A DNA stretch of 64,000 nt from Podarcis filfolensis (Eukaryota): NCBI GenBank assembly GCA_964270895.1, contig OZ185440.1. One strand, written 5' to 3'. Of this stretch, positions 48,356 through 62,000 are shown in pieces. Each line of letters opens with the position of its first letter. Position 1 is the stretch's first letter. The notes under the pieces were generated by a model, which searched no databases, had not been told where the DNA came from, and saw only the letters and a list, made by a program, of their open reading frames with translations. The position numbers and the translations under genes are program-made.

Positions 48356-48433
48356 ACAACAACAACAACAACTGTACAACTGTACACCGCCCATCTGACT
48401 GGGTTCCCCCCAGACACTCAGAGTGGCTTCCAG
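48356..48433 (-). mobile_element. LINE 3' end (same family as 10365) with (GTT)n tail
   Basis: Reverse complement reads GGAAGCCACTCTGAG...GAACCCAGTCAGATGGGCGGTGTAC followed by (GTT)n. Confidence 0.65.
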
Positions 48434-49416
48434 ACAATTGATCATTTTGCCTTTGGGTCAGTTTTTAAAAGCAGGGTAGGTTTGTGTTTGCTTTAAGCTG
48501 CCAATGTGACTCTTAACCACTTGGATTTTATAGCTGGGTGCATGCCCTTTTTACACATTCAGCACAGGCTCACTTGTTTGGAGACATAGCCCTGAGTATA
48601 CTTGAGAGGCATAACCTGTTTGATTAGTAATGATGTGTGCATTGGAAAACAGCAACAAACTGAACATCCAGGAGGGCGATTAATAAGGTAAAGTGAAAAG
48701 AAACTATGCCATGCAAATTTTCATTAAGGCAGGATGTTAGCCTCCATTGTCATCTGCTGGGAATAGATTTGTGCTCAAAGTAGTAAATAAACATAGCCTC
48801 GGGTTCTCTGCTTTGAAATGAGAACTGTCAAAAGGAGGGGGGAGAGGGAGAGGGAGCATTTCTGCTGTAATCAGGTTTTGGCTATCTACTCATTTATCGC
48901 TAATAAAGAGTATTAGTTAAACATCACTCGAAGGGAATGATTTATAGCATTCAAGGGAAAGGAAGTATTCCAACAGACCCCTCAGAAATGCTGGTTTCCT
49001 GCAGCTGAAGCATGTTAAGGGAGATTAGTGATAAATAAATGTTGCCTTTGAAGTAGTGTTTATACGCAGCCCCACTTGTGAAATGCTTTAAGAGTGAGGA
49101 TTCAGCCATGGAATGAAAACGAATTCTAGCAGTAGAAAAAATTACGAACATTCAGAACTTTACTCTGGAGTTTTAGGAGCATTCATCTCCATTTGAAACT
49201 CCTGGAACAGCTGACCATAGGGACAGATTTGGGGAAATCCAGGAGACACAAGGGATTTGTGCAGAAATGGCCCTGGCCACTGAACTGTAGAAAAACTAGC
49301 CAATCTTCCTCTAGTTTGATAAATTATAAAAAAGGTGGCAACTGCCATGGCTATACTCTGTGGAAGATACTTCTTTCATTGACCGATATCCATGATGGTC
49401 AAGAGCAGAAGCACTA

Positions 49417-49647
49417 CAGTGGCAACTCGGATTACATACGCTTCAGTTTACAGAGGCTTCAGGTTACAGACTCCGCTAACCCAGAAATAGTACCTTGAGT
49501 TAAGAACTTTGCTTCAGGATAAGAACAGAAATCACATGGCGGCAGCAGGAAGCCCCATTAGCTAAAGTGGTACCTCAGGTTAAGAACAGTTTTAGGTTAA
49601 GAACGGACCTCTGGAACGAATTAAGTTCTTAACCCAAGGTACCACTG
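49417..49647 (+). mobile_element. pogo/Tigger-like MITE
   Basis: TA|CAGTGGCAACTCGG ... CCAAGGTACCACTG|TA, 231 bp. Confidence 0.88.
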
Positions 49648-52107
49648 TATTTTCATAGACAATTATGCTTCTAATTACCAGGTTTGGCTTCAAGGGCCTT
49701 TCCTTGATTGTTATAGCAATACATTTCCAAAACGTTGCTGTTTACTTACAGGCTGTCTGGAAACCTGCACTTTGTACATTATTGCTCCAACAAATAAAAT
49801 GGCTCCCCAGATGTATTGAACTACAACTACCACCAGCCCCAGGTAGCATGTGCCAGCAAGAAAAATCATATGAATTAGTGTTATTCCCATACACTGAGCA
49901 GGTCTCCTATTGCCCCAAAGTGTATTTTTTTTAATGCCATAGTCTTTTCTAGTAGGTTACTTTTACCGTTACCAAATTTCATTAGAAGGACACAACCAAA
50001 ATTGCAGGAAAATATATGGTTTGCACTAGTCTTCACCAGCCTGGTATCCCTAGATATTTTGGATTACAGCTCCCAGCTAGCATGTGCTGGAATTACAAAC
50101 ACTCCCTGTGTTGGGACAATACAACTTCTCTGTATATGGGAATAGCACTAATTCATATGAACACTTGGTCAACAATTTCTCATGGTTGACTGCATGAGAT
50201 GTTTAGGAAGTTATTATGATATGGCAACAGGGAAGGTTTTAACTATAAAACAGGAGACTAATAAAACCAGGAGTCCTCCAGGACATTCTTAATCAACTTA
50301 TTAAGGCTGTCAATTAATTAGTCTTATAGCAATTTTTCTGAACAATGCTGGGATTGAAGCAGATTGTGTCTGTCAAATTCCCTATAGATGCCAGGCCAAA
50401 GGTCCACTCACAGAGCATCTGTGAATATGAATGACAACTGCTGTTTATATTGCCTTATTTCCAATGCTCATGCATACACACACACTTCAGAACAAGCCAT
50501 ACCGGCCTACACAATCAGGAGGAAATAAACATTCATATACAACAACAAAGTCTCCATCCATCAGCATTCATCTTGCCTGCTTTAGTTCTCTGTTTTTGAA
50601 TATTTCAGAATAATACTTTCCCTCTGCAGAAACAGAGATAAATGGAAGCTGTCACACCCACTTCTAGCGCAGTAGCAGAGCTGAGCTGAAACATTTATCG
50701 AGACAAGCTGGTTTCAAGGTTCAAGCTCAGGTCTCAGGTTGTCTGGTGTATCACGGATATGCTGTTCAAAGGAATAGTTTATGTTGCTCAAGGCACTTTC
50801 CCTAGACCACAGTTAGACAGATTAATTTTCATAACAAGCATCAGTTGTGACATTTATAGCTGGCTTGTAAGCATTTTAAGTCTTTCCTATTCTCTTGTTT
50901 CCAAGATGCAAACCTTCTTGACCTTGAATGTGTTACTCAAACCTGTTGCTGCATTAATGCAATCTGCTGATACCTGCATCCCCTGCTCGTTACTATTACC
51001 TTTCACAGTAATAACTGCAAAAGTCATGCTTCAGCTGCATGATCCAGCATAAATACCAGTGCTTTCTCCCTACCCAGCCACTGCTGCTACCACCACCACC
51101 ATTATCATTCTTTGGATTATTTGTCACTTTATACCCAAAGGTCTAAAGGTGGCTTGCATAATAAACAAGTTAGTACTGAAACTGAACACTAACAGTCATC
51201 TAAAAGTGACCACACATTAAAACTCCAAATAGCCAAACTGATCGCCATAAAACAGCAGACTGAATAAAAACCAGCCATCACAGGGGAGTGAAATCAAGAC
51301 TAACATACATGGGTGTAGAAAAAAGTCTCGGTCTGGTGACAAAAATATGTCAAAGGAATGCCTTTGCAAGGGGAGTATTTCAGAGGTGGGAGCCACTACA
51401 GGAAAGACCATTTCTTGTGTAGCCATCTTAACACCTCATTGGAGGTGGTACCTGCAGAATGATCTCCAGTGGTGACCATCAGACTTTCCCTGAAATTATT
51501 TCTGTGCAATTAATAATCACAAACACCTCTGCCGGGTTTGAAAATATTTAGATGAAAACACATATATAGCATGTGACTTCCATGACCATGTAGGTTGGAA
51601 GTACGGTTTAATGAATGTAGTGCCCGGCTTAGGCTGGGTTCAAATACCTGCTGAATAACAAAGCTCACTAAGCAACTTTGAGCCAGTCACTGTAACCAGA
51701 GGTGCCATCTTGTGCCTAAGATTGAGGGGGCCTGGCGTGAGGCATGCATGTGTGCAGTCATGTGCATGACGCGCAACACACACCAACATCACATCGTTGG
51801 GAGGAAGCTGAGCGTAGAGCCCAGCATGGCATGGTTTCCTCTCTTGTGCTCAGGAGGAGCCAGCCGCTGAACTGCACCATACTTGGTCCTACGCTCAGCC
51901 TCCTCTGCCCCCTCAACAGCTGATATTGAGGGGACAGCTGATATTGAGGGGAATGAAGACATCTCTGCCTCTAGGAGCTGGCGTGCCCAACTGTAGCACA
52001 TTCTAAGCTCACAGTTAACCTGTTGTGAATACTACCTGCAAGAAGTGTGGCATACAAATGCAATAATAGTGACGGGGTGGGGTGGGGTTTACTTGCAGAT
52101 AAGTGTA

Positions 52108-52351
52108 CAGTCATACCTTGGGATGAATGCGCTTCGAGTTAGGCAAATTCGAGTCGCGCTCCACGGCGACACAGAAGTAATGGAGCGCGTTACTTCTGGG
52201 TTTCGCTGTGCGCACATGTGCAGACCGTCAAAATGACATAACGCGCATGCGCAGAAGTGCTGAAACGTGACACGCGGACACGGGTTACATTCACTTCAGG
52301 ATGCGAACGGGACTCTGGAACGGATCCTGTTTGCATCCTGAGGTACCACTG
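52108..52351. mobile_element. pogo/Tigger-like MITE, CpG-rich subfamily
   Basis: TA|CAGTCATACCTTGGGATG ... CATCCTGAGGTACCACTG|TA, 244 bp. Confidence 0.85.
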
Positions 52352-55300
52352 TACATAGAATTATAGGGTTGAAAGCGGCTATAAACTCTCATTCCAGTCT
52401 TCACTCTGTTTATTATGAAGGGGGCTTCAAAAGGGAAAGGAGACACACTGAAGATTTCCTTCAATGGTAGATGGACTTTAAAAAGAGATGCAGAAAATAA
52501 TATATATCTCTATAAACACCAAGCAAAAATGTCCCTCTGGATAAGCTGCAGCTGGCATCTTTGTTGGTTTTTTTTAAACAAACTTGACTTTAAAGCCTAT
52601 TTGCAGACTGCATGCTGCAGAATAATGAAATTTGAATACAAAGGCTACAGAGTGTTTGCTCTTCAGCTTTCTACAAAACAACACATCTGTTTTTAAAATG
52701 ATAATCCATTCAAAGTACAAAGTTGATAGCAATAAAGTGAATGTGTGGGCACTGTAACTAATACCAGGAAGTAGAGTGGAACAATATGGCTTCCAGAAAA
52801 CTCAATGGGAAATCCTTGTTGCAATTCTGGATAGCCACCACGCTTCTCTTCTTATCTGCCTCTAAATAGACACACTTGCAAAATAACTATCATTCTGAAA
52901 TAAAGAATCAGGTGCTGTAGCAACAAAGTGACCTAAAATAGTATAAAATTCAGGTACACCCTATTCCTGTGATTGTAATCTGCTTTAGTTCTTAATCGTA
53001 ATTGCTGCTGGGACCTGCTGGTGAAGGGTGGGTAATAAAACATAATAACAACAATACTAATAAATACCCCATTTTTTATAGAGTACAAACAATGCATTCT
53101 TGCTTATGCACACTTGCAAATTGAATTTTCGGGGGACTTGCTTCCAAATATATACAGACCTAGATGCTCGGCTAAATCCGTGTTTCACTTCACTGGAACC
53201 TTGTACGTTTACATGAGCTGAGGAACTAGATTTCTATTTTTCAGAAGAACTGTTCCATGTGTAGAAAAAAAGGAGGAGGAGGTTTGTCTCCAGACTAATT
53301 TAAAAGCCTGTTATGGTTAGGCAACATTTTTCACTTTGAAAAATGGATGTGCTTAGGAGACATACAGCCCAACAAAATGAGCTTTCCATCATTCTCTAGG
53401 CTTAACAAATTTTGTCTCAGTCTCCGTGGACCAATGGAGTGTGCAAAGTACCCGTCGCTCTCAGTGTGTCTTCCTCATGCACAGCCTTCTTCTGGATTCT
53501 CTTGATAAACATCCTAAAATTTTAGAGTGCAAAGGGCCAATTTCCTATTTAATAACACAGAGTTTTCATTTCATAGCACAGCTCCTTCCCTTGAGATATA
53601 ACCGACACCCAAAATGTAATTTTCCAACTCCTTTCTTCAAGCATCAAGTATTTAACTGGCAGAATAAATGCTCTGTCAGCTGGATCTCTGAGTCGCACTG
53701 ATGATATTTAGCAGCTGATTGGAGTGGTCTTAACGCTACATCTCATTGGGATTTCCCTTGAGTGCATCTCAACCCAGCCCATGCCATGCAATAGGCAATA
53801 ACCCAAATGAAATCAAATTTTCATTCTGTGTCATGTTACAACGTCCACCTATTCCTCCTTATTGTTTTGATAGTTTAGTATACTTCAGGGAGTTTCAAAG
53901 TTGTTGGGTTTGTTTGCTTGTTTTGCTTGTCATGTTCCTTACTTTCAGAAACAGTACAAACTTCCCCGTGCAGGATGAATATATGCAATCTTTTATCTTC
54001 TTGACCCTACAGAATAATACTGTGCTATGTATCCTCCTTTTGAGAGTATATGTTCACTGTTATATGCCTTCTTTTAAATATTTATATTCTGCACCCTCCA
54101 AACTCTTATACTAGAATAATTTCTACCAGATATTAAGTGTCATTTTTGGAGGTCGGTATTAGAATGTAGGTAGTAGTTTTCCCTTATAAAAATCAATATG
54201 AACGGGCACCTAATCAAAACATATGCTTACATTTTAAAAACCCATAACGATGTATTTTGAAAGACAGGCCAGCATTTTGATCAAGCTACCCTTATTTACA
54301 TTTTGAAATCTATAAAAATGTATTTGGCAAGCTGGCCAGCATTTTGATCAAGTTACCCGATTTAAACAATCTAATACCCCCGTCTACTCATAATATCAGT
54401 TTAGAAAGCTCTGAGTATAGTCTCCTATTTTGCAATATATCTAGACCTATTGGGTTCAATAGGTGCATAGGACAACAATCCTAATCACCTTTGTCTTTTG
54501 TTAATGAAAATATTGGTAGTCATGCAATAACATGAGCTTGTTTGTACCATAAAATAAATGAAAGTATATGTATGATGTAATTGGCATATTTTCCTGAGAT
54601 GTATTTTCAGCAAGGTACATATTTACTTGTACACAAACCTGACAACTGTTAACATTTTCCATGACTAGGTGAATCATTTCCATATAATTAATCACTAAAA
54701 AATTATAACAAAAATTATTTGTTATGTACTTATAAAATGCCTGTTTGAATCTGCAACTGAGTCAATTCTACTGAGGTTGTCCTCAGCCTACAGAAGTAAA
54801 AAAAGTGTTTTCTGTATTTGGGCACAAATTTACCATAAAAGTAAGAAATAAAAATCAAGAATGCCTCAAGCCGAAGGCTCAAAACATTTCATGTGCTCCT
54901 CAAAGCAACAAATTATGCCAGTTCCTGCAATCAGTATAATAAATACCCAGAAGCATTTAATTTGTTTGAATGACAGAAATAATTTTGAACATAATTGGCT
55001 TGCACCACTTGGAAGCCTTCAAAGAAACAACTAATGCTGGTCACTGCAGTCACTATAATACCTGGAAACTGTCATGATTATTGCTTACAGAAATAATTTT
55101 GAATGTAATGATCCCATGTCACACATTCTTAGGGCACAGCCTGCAAACCCTGGATGAAGCCCAAAGTTAGTTTCCTTGAAAACATGTCATTCCCAAACAG
55201 CAGTTCAGAATTACCAAACAGAGGAAAACTAAAGTTAGGAATGAATTAATTCCCTAATATTCTCTAAATTACACTGGTTTTCCCAGATTAACCCCATATC

Positions 55301-58107
55301 TGGCTCCTAGCTTGAAGGCACCTGAGATACAGTATGTATCCATGATGTTGGGGGGTTTGTGTTTGGACCTAGAGGATTTGGAAAGCACTCACTCTTTCTA
55401 CATTGACTAGGTTTCCTGTGCCACCCCTGGGGTAAGGTTTCAGGGCCGTTCCCTGAATGAAGACATCTGAAAAGGAGTGGTATAGGGAGACCACATGCTT
55501 TTGCAAAAAGAACCTTTGAAATAAAATGACAGTTATCAAGTTTGTTATAGTTCTTCATTAGCATTTCCACTGACATGTCAATGGCACAGAATACAATCGG
55601 GATAATGTGCACAAGGAGGTCATATTTCATTACACATTTTCTGACGTGTTGTATTCTTTATTGACTTCCATACATTTGAGTAATTAGATTTCACTTTGTA
55701 AAATGGACGCTAACTAGGGTAGTCTTTTGTCTTGGCTTCAGTTCAATGACTAATTGTCGGATGCAGGGGCACAGATGTTAATTGAGTACTCAAAGTATGC
55801 TCCTGATGCTGTTCCCTCTATTTCTGTAGCCAGTTGAACAAGAGCTTCACCTTCCCACAGGGAAGTATAAAAGCAAGGAGAATTATTCCAGCTCTCACTT
55901 GGGGCCAAAGATTATTACATTCCAGATCTCCTTTTTGCTTGACTTTCCACGCCTCTGGGCAACCACATATGAAGCCAGGCATAGGGCATATACACATTAT
56001 TCTGGTTCCAGTGTGCCCCCATCACTGATTTTTTAATCAATGTACACATCAGTGATTATTTAGATCTATCCTGTAGTTTCCTATGAAACACTACCATTTG
56101 TTATACTTTCCTCCAAGCCAGCTTTAATCTGACCTGAATACTGTAGCATCCTATTTTTGCAGTAAATCCCAGCATGTGGTCCTATGTGTCTGACATCAAT
56201 AGGTGGGTGTATTGCAGAGGAGCATCCTAATTTGTCTTTCTGCCCTCCTTGCTTATGTCCATGTAAGATAAGGAGGAGGAGTCAATTGGTCTCCCCAATG
56301 GCCCCATTGATCCCCACTGGGAGCCAGTCTGGGCTCACCTGGTTGCATTTAGCATGGCACAGTTACACTTGATCTAAGCTCATTCAGATTTAAGTGGTGG
56401 CTCTTTTCTGCCACCAGAGTGTTGCAATTGCCACCACTGCCAGGTAAGCCTAAAGAAGCCCACACCAGAGAGTATTTTGCCTAAGGTCCCCTCATAATAA
56501 TAATTTTGCGCAAACATATGAGACAACAGCCTTCCTGAAGCTAAGCAGTTATGGCTGTTGCCAGTAATAGATAGGAGATGACCTGTGAATCCCATACATG
56601 CCATCATGTATGCATCAAAGAAAAGTAAGGATGCATATGTAATGAAAAAGCAGAAACAGGACGAACCTGTGGCCTTCCATATTTTGACTATTGGCCATGT
56701 TATGTATGCTTGGAGTTGGAGTCCAACAATATTGGAAATTCACAGGTCCCCTAGGCTATCACTAAGATTCAGATCTAAAAATACTTCTAATATGTAAAAT
56801 TGACCAATGTCAAAGTCCATTATTCTGAATAACTACTGGACTATCAATGGAGAATCTCCACCAGGGATCTCCTCCTGCTGCTCCCCTGATTTAGATATCT
56901 TCCTGAACATACACAAGAAAGATGTCTAGTCAGGCAGCTCTCTTGTTAACTGTTTATTCAGCTTTTCTGTCACACTATCCAACACCACTTACAATCAATG
57001 TATGAAACAATGTGAGGTATCTAGCTATTGTGTCTCCTCAGGGCAAGTATCTCCACTCCCACAAGAACACTTTCCTTGTGTTGACGGGACATGTTACAAA
57101 GCACTATTTTAGATACAACTCGCAGCCATGAAAACTGTCTGTGGAAGCAGAAAATAGCACAATCCAAATAGCAACAATAAAACAAAACAAACAAACAAAC
57201 AAACAAACAATAAACTGAGTGGTACAACCAGAATACAATTACCTCAACTGCTGCACCATATTGACCTGGTATCTGAATGCCAACAGCCAGGTTGACCTTG
57301 TTTAGGAATATATGACACAGGCTATTGCTGAGAAGGCCTCTACCCTTTTATTTTAATGTATTTGTTTATTTATATACTGCTTTTCCAGCAGACCTCATGA
57401 AGTGGCTTTCATAAGACTTTCACAGTCATAAGCACCATTTTTGTTTTAATTGCAATAACTGTTTGTTTAGAAGAAGGCAAAACTGCTTCTTCTTTGCTCC
57501 CCTTGGGACAATAAGGTCCTGCAGAAGCCTCTGTGGTAAGAGTTGGAGGAAAAAAGGACACCATTGGGAGTTGGGTGGTAATTGCTCACAGGGTCGTAGC
57601 TGCTGCTGCTGTTCATTTCCCTTAGGACTGGATGAATATTTTTTTTTGCCACCTACCTTACTTCAGATGCTAGGAGCAGCCAGAAGAGAGGTTCTGAGGT
57701 AGACAGGTTTCCTTGCCCCAAGCCATTTCAGGAATTTCTAGGTTTAAATCAGCACTTCAGTTTGCACCTGGAAACAAACTGGAAGCCTCTACAGAATGTT
57801 CAGCACAGGTGAAACACGTTCATTATAATAAGCCTGTTAACCATCTGGGTGCCTTTCTATGAACCAGTTTTGACTGGGCTTCAAAAGCACTGCCATGTGC
57901 AGCCCATTACAGTAATATAATCTAGAGTTGCTAATGTGGTGTACTGTTGCTTTAAAAGAAATGTAGGCAGTGCTTGCTAGCACAGGTAAAAGCATGTAAC
58001 TAGCCAAGCTGCTTATGCCTGGCAGTCCTCCTCTTGGGACCGTATGCTTAGTTCTCTTGTAGCAGGACTAATGCTTACAGCATATTTGAAGGTCTTTACC
58101 TAACCAC

Positions 58108-58480
58108 GGGACGTGGGTGGCGCTGTGGGTAAAACCTCAGTGCCTAGGACCTGCTGATCGTAAGGTCGGCGGTTCGAAACGGGGCTGATCGTAAGGTCGG
58201 CGAGGTGAGCTCCCGTCGTTCGGTCCCAGCTCCTGCCCACCTAGCAGTTCGAAAGCACCCCTAAGTGCAAGTAGATAAATAGGTACTGCTTTATAGCGGG
58301 AAGGTAAACGGCGTTTCCGTGTGCGGCACTGGTGCTGTTTCGCCAGTTGCAGCTTCGTCACGCTGGCCACGTGACCCAGAAGTGTCTTCGGACGGCGCCA
58401 GCTCCCGGCCTCTTGAGCGAGATGAGCGCACAACCCTAGAGTCGGTCACGACTGGCCCGTACGGGCAGGGGTACCTTTAC
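58108..58480 (+). mobile_element. Sauria SINE, different subfamily, with a 19-bp internal duplication
   Basis: GGGACGTGGGTGGCGCTGTGGG start and ACCTTT tail. 14-bp TSD CTTTACCTAACCAC at 58094-58107 and 58481-58494. Confidence 0.92.
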
Positions 58481-59329
58481 CTTTACCTAACCACATGCTG
58501 AAGCAGCAGACATTGTAGCTGGACCATGGATCTACTCCTGATGAAGTAACAGAACTGAGACACCAGATTATGGATCCACTGCTGATGGATCTCACTTATT
58601 TATGTAGTTCTCAAGCTGGGAGGTGTAAGGAGCTTGCCTGTGTGTTAATCATGGCGTTAAGACTCCTGTGGGGGAAAGATCCTATGTTTAATGCAGAAGG
58701 CATATCACACAGGCCATCTGGATCAACGCTAAGCTACATAAAATGTACTTGTAAACTTGCAGTTCCCTTGGCTGTGGCCCAATTAAAAGCTCTTTTAACA
58801 AAAGCCCATAGAAGCTACAAAATGCTCGGCCCCTATTAAACCTGCGACAAATCTAAATAATTTACAATTAGCTGCAACGTTACATGTTCTGCTGCTGCCC
58901 GCTTCACCTGAGAGCTGTGCAATAATATGCCGCCCAGAGAAACTTTGCACACCCACCCACCCACCCCGGAGTTACAAATCATCTATCAAAATCACTGGGA
59001 GAAGATTTTTAAGGATAACATTTTTTAAAAAAATCTGCCAATGCTTGGACAGTTATGTCCTTTATTAACTCAAACAATTTCTTATTAAGAGATTTTAGTA
59101 ACTTCATTAACACCTCTCGAGGGGAAGAAAAACCATCAATTAGGATGGAATTTAGTAGCTAAGGGAAGAACACCCTAGAGATGGAGATTTTCATGGCTAC
59201 AAATACATGAGCTTCCAAATCTTTATAAAGAAAACTACCCCCCCAAAAAAAGTACTCAGTGTCTCCAGTTCAATAAAGTAAGATCTTCAGCCAGACTCTG
59301 ATTGGCAAAGATGTGGAGTCGTAACTATT

Positions 59330-59405
59330 AGAATTATAGAAACATCAAATTGCAGAGTTGGAAGGGACCCTGAGGATCATCTAGTCCAGCCCCTGCAATG
59401 TAGGA
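59330..59405 (-). mobile_element. CR1 3' end (or CR1-tailed SINE) fragment
   Basis: GAGTTGGAAGGGACCCTGAGGATCATCTAGTCCAGCCCC. Confidence 0.7.
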
Positions 59406-59939
59406 AGGTTAGTGCCAAGGGCACTGAAAACTCTTGCCATATGCTGAGTGATACATACCATTTATTTTGTTGTGAACTGCCCTGAAATCTGCAGATGAAG
59501 GGTGGTATACAAATGAAAACAAGTTAATAATAAATTATACATTTATATTTAACACCACAGAGCAAAACACTATAAATAAAGCAACAGAGCTCAAGGGATA
59601 TTCTTTCACAGCACAGAGGTGGAGGAGGTCTCCTGCTTGGGGTAGTCTAATCCTGCTTGACCCTGGAAATTCAGACCTCCAATAGAAAGATGTCCAGCCC
59701 TTGCTTAAAGACCTCCCATAAGGTGAAAACTATAGTTATATTAATGAAGTCTAAAATTGCATTAGGGTTGAGTTTTTTGTTTTGTTTTGTTTTTTGCTGC
59801 TGCATCACACTGTTGGCTTATGTTCGTAACCAAATGCCATCTCAAGGTCACTTTCACTATTGCCAAGCCAGAGCCACTGATGCATATTCTTTGGGTGGGG
59901 TTTTATAACCAACTTTGAATCTGCTTGATTGTATTCTAG

Positions 59940-60455
59940 TCTAAGCCACATTCAAAGAGTTTGTTAACAAAAATATTACATGGAACTCTGTCAAATGCTT
60001 TGATGAAATCAAGATAAATTACACCCATAACATTCCTACAATCCACTAAGCTACTAGCTTAGTGGAAAAGAGAGATAAGGTTAGTCTGGCAGAATTTATT
60101 CTTGACAAATCCATTCTGGCTTCTGGAAGTCACTTTGTTGTTATCAAGTTGCTTACAAATTGCTTGCATTATAGCATCTTCCAGAGTTTTAGCATCTTTG
60201 TCAAAATAAATATTAATCCATGTAGAAAGCAGGAATGTACTACATACTGGAGAATCCTGTTCCATTTTGGCATGCTAGCCAGAAACTGTCAGATTGTCCA
60301 TCCTATGGTTACCTGAATCCTCCTTTTTGAAGACTGGGGCACTTGCCTGTTTCCTGCAGCATCTCTCCTGAGCTCCCAGCATTTCCCAAAAATTATAGAG
60401 GATGTGAGAATGAACCAGTGTGTTCCTCTAGGATGCAATTCAGCTGGCCCTCTTT
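59940..60455 (-). mobile_element. CR1 ORF2 reverse transcriptase fragment
   Basis: Minus-strand motifs SQNGFVKNKFCQTNLISLF and VIYLDFIKAFDRVP, plus the degenerate ELHPR...PVFKK...PGNH upstream block. Confidence 0.85.
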
Positions 60456-62000
60456 AAATGTTTTTTTAATTATTTCTTTGGAGACTACAGTGCTTTTTTG
60501 CTTTTATTATAAGCAAAAGATCAGTGGAGCTCCCTCCCTGTTTCGCTTTTTCAGAAAAGTATCTTTTATCATCTCTATTCTCTTTGCCGTAATATTTTTT
60601 TTAAAGAAGGGCATGCAGAAAAGATGCACAGGCAAACTTCAAACCATCAAAGTGATGGGGAGAAAAGACAAGTTTAATCTTTCTTTGATGTTTTCCTGCA
60701 AGCTTACAGAGAAGACATTTCCACCAAGTAGGACAGATGGGATGCTTTCCTCTAAGTATACCGTTGACTGTTCTCTGCATACATATGCAGGCAATTCTTT
60801 TATAAGATCCTTTTCTGGGCTCATACAGAGGTGTGGCACTGGGGAGATTAAGCTGTTTCTTTTATGTCTGTTCAGCAAATACCTTTTTATCTGGCAAGCT
60901 TCCAGGCTGATTGCAAGAAGGAAGTTTTAATACTTAGTGATGGTGGAACATCAGTGCTTTCAGCTGCTCAGAAGAAGAGTAGATTATGGACTTCCGGAGG
61001 CGGCGCGAAACTGTAATGGCGGTCCTCTTCTAGTCTGAAGAGGGGCTCCGCAGGAAAGGGTCGTTTCGCTGCGGCACAGCGACGACCCATCAAGAAAAAC
61101 CACGAGCAGAGTGAGCTCGTGGCCGTGGGACTCGGCGGGCACCTGGAGCGACCCCGAAATCGCGAAAGGAACCCCGTAAGGGGCTCCGGAGTGAAAGAGG
61201 GGTAGCGGTGCTGTGAGTTCATCGCTCTTTCTGCGGGAGTGAAGCCGCGCAGCTGTTGCAGATGAGCGCCGACCTTTCTTCCTTTAAAGATTCGACTGAA
61301 ACAACAAACCCGTGAGTAAGGACGTTAAATTCGGCAGTAAATTCTTGAAAAAAATTTTGGCTGTAACCGGGAGACGTTAAAAAGGAAGTCCGCCTCCCGG
61401 AGCTGCTTACAAGATCAAAGCAAGGGATCAGAGAAGCGAAAAGCGGCTGAAAAGGGATGTTTTAAAGAGGGACTTTCATGCACTTTCAGAAGTGACTGTT
61501 AACGAGAAAAGATAGACTTATTTGTGAGCAATTTTTTAAAAGGAAAATTGGAGCGATCCTCCCCAGTAAGATCATTCAAAGCTAAATTCCAAATCGTCGG
61601 GCTGCTGGAGGGGAAACTGTTTAACTGCGGAACTGTTACAAATTGTTACAAACTTTTACAGACGTATGGATACCCTTGAGCTTTTGAGCTTTAACAAGCT
61701 GGACTGGATACAAATTGTAGGCACCTTTTTGAAACTTTGTTAAAAGTTTAAAGTACTCTGCAGGACTTGTTTATTACCATTTGGGACTATTGCATTTCTG
61801 TTTTTTAACATACAGGGGACTTTAATGGCGGAAAAGTTGCCTTCTTCTTTTTGAAACTTTGGTGGTACTCCCCCTAGAGGATTTTGGGAATATAAGGCCT
61901 GGGAACAGCTTTTTATGTTTACTCTCTCTCACTGGATTGTTTTTAAATTGGATCTGTCTTTCCCATGGGACAATAACAATTTGACCTTGAACATTGACTG

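Noticed and set aside
55307-55630. Possible last exon of the neighbouring ST6GALNAC3 (HFISKVLFAKA vs HRFITEKKVFAKW)
   Set aside because: It lacks the sialyl-motif VS Glu, the PYHYY motif and the flanking conservation. No ST6GALNAC3 exon was found in the window.
60343-60930. 195-aa plus-strand ORF
   Set aside because: It partly overlaps the antisense of a decayed CR1, has a non-ATG start and low-complexity composition.
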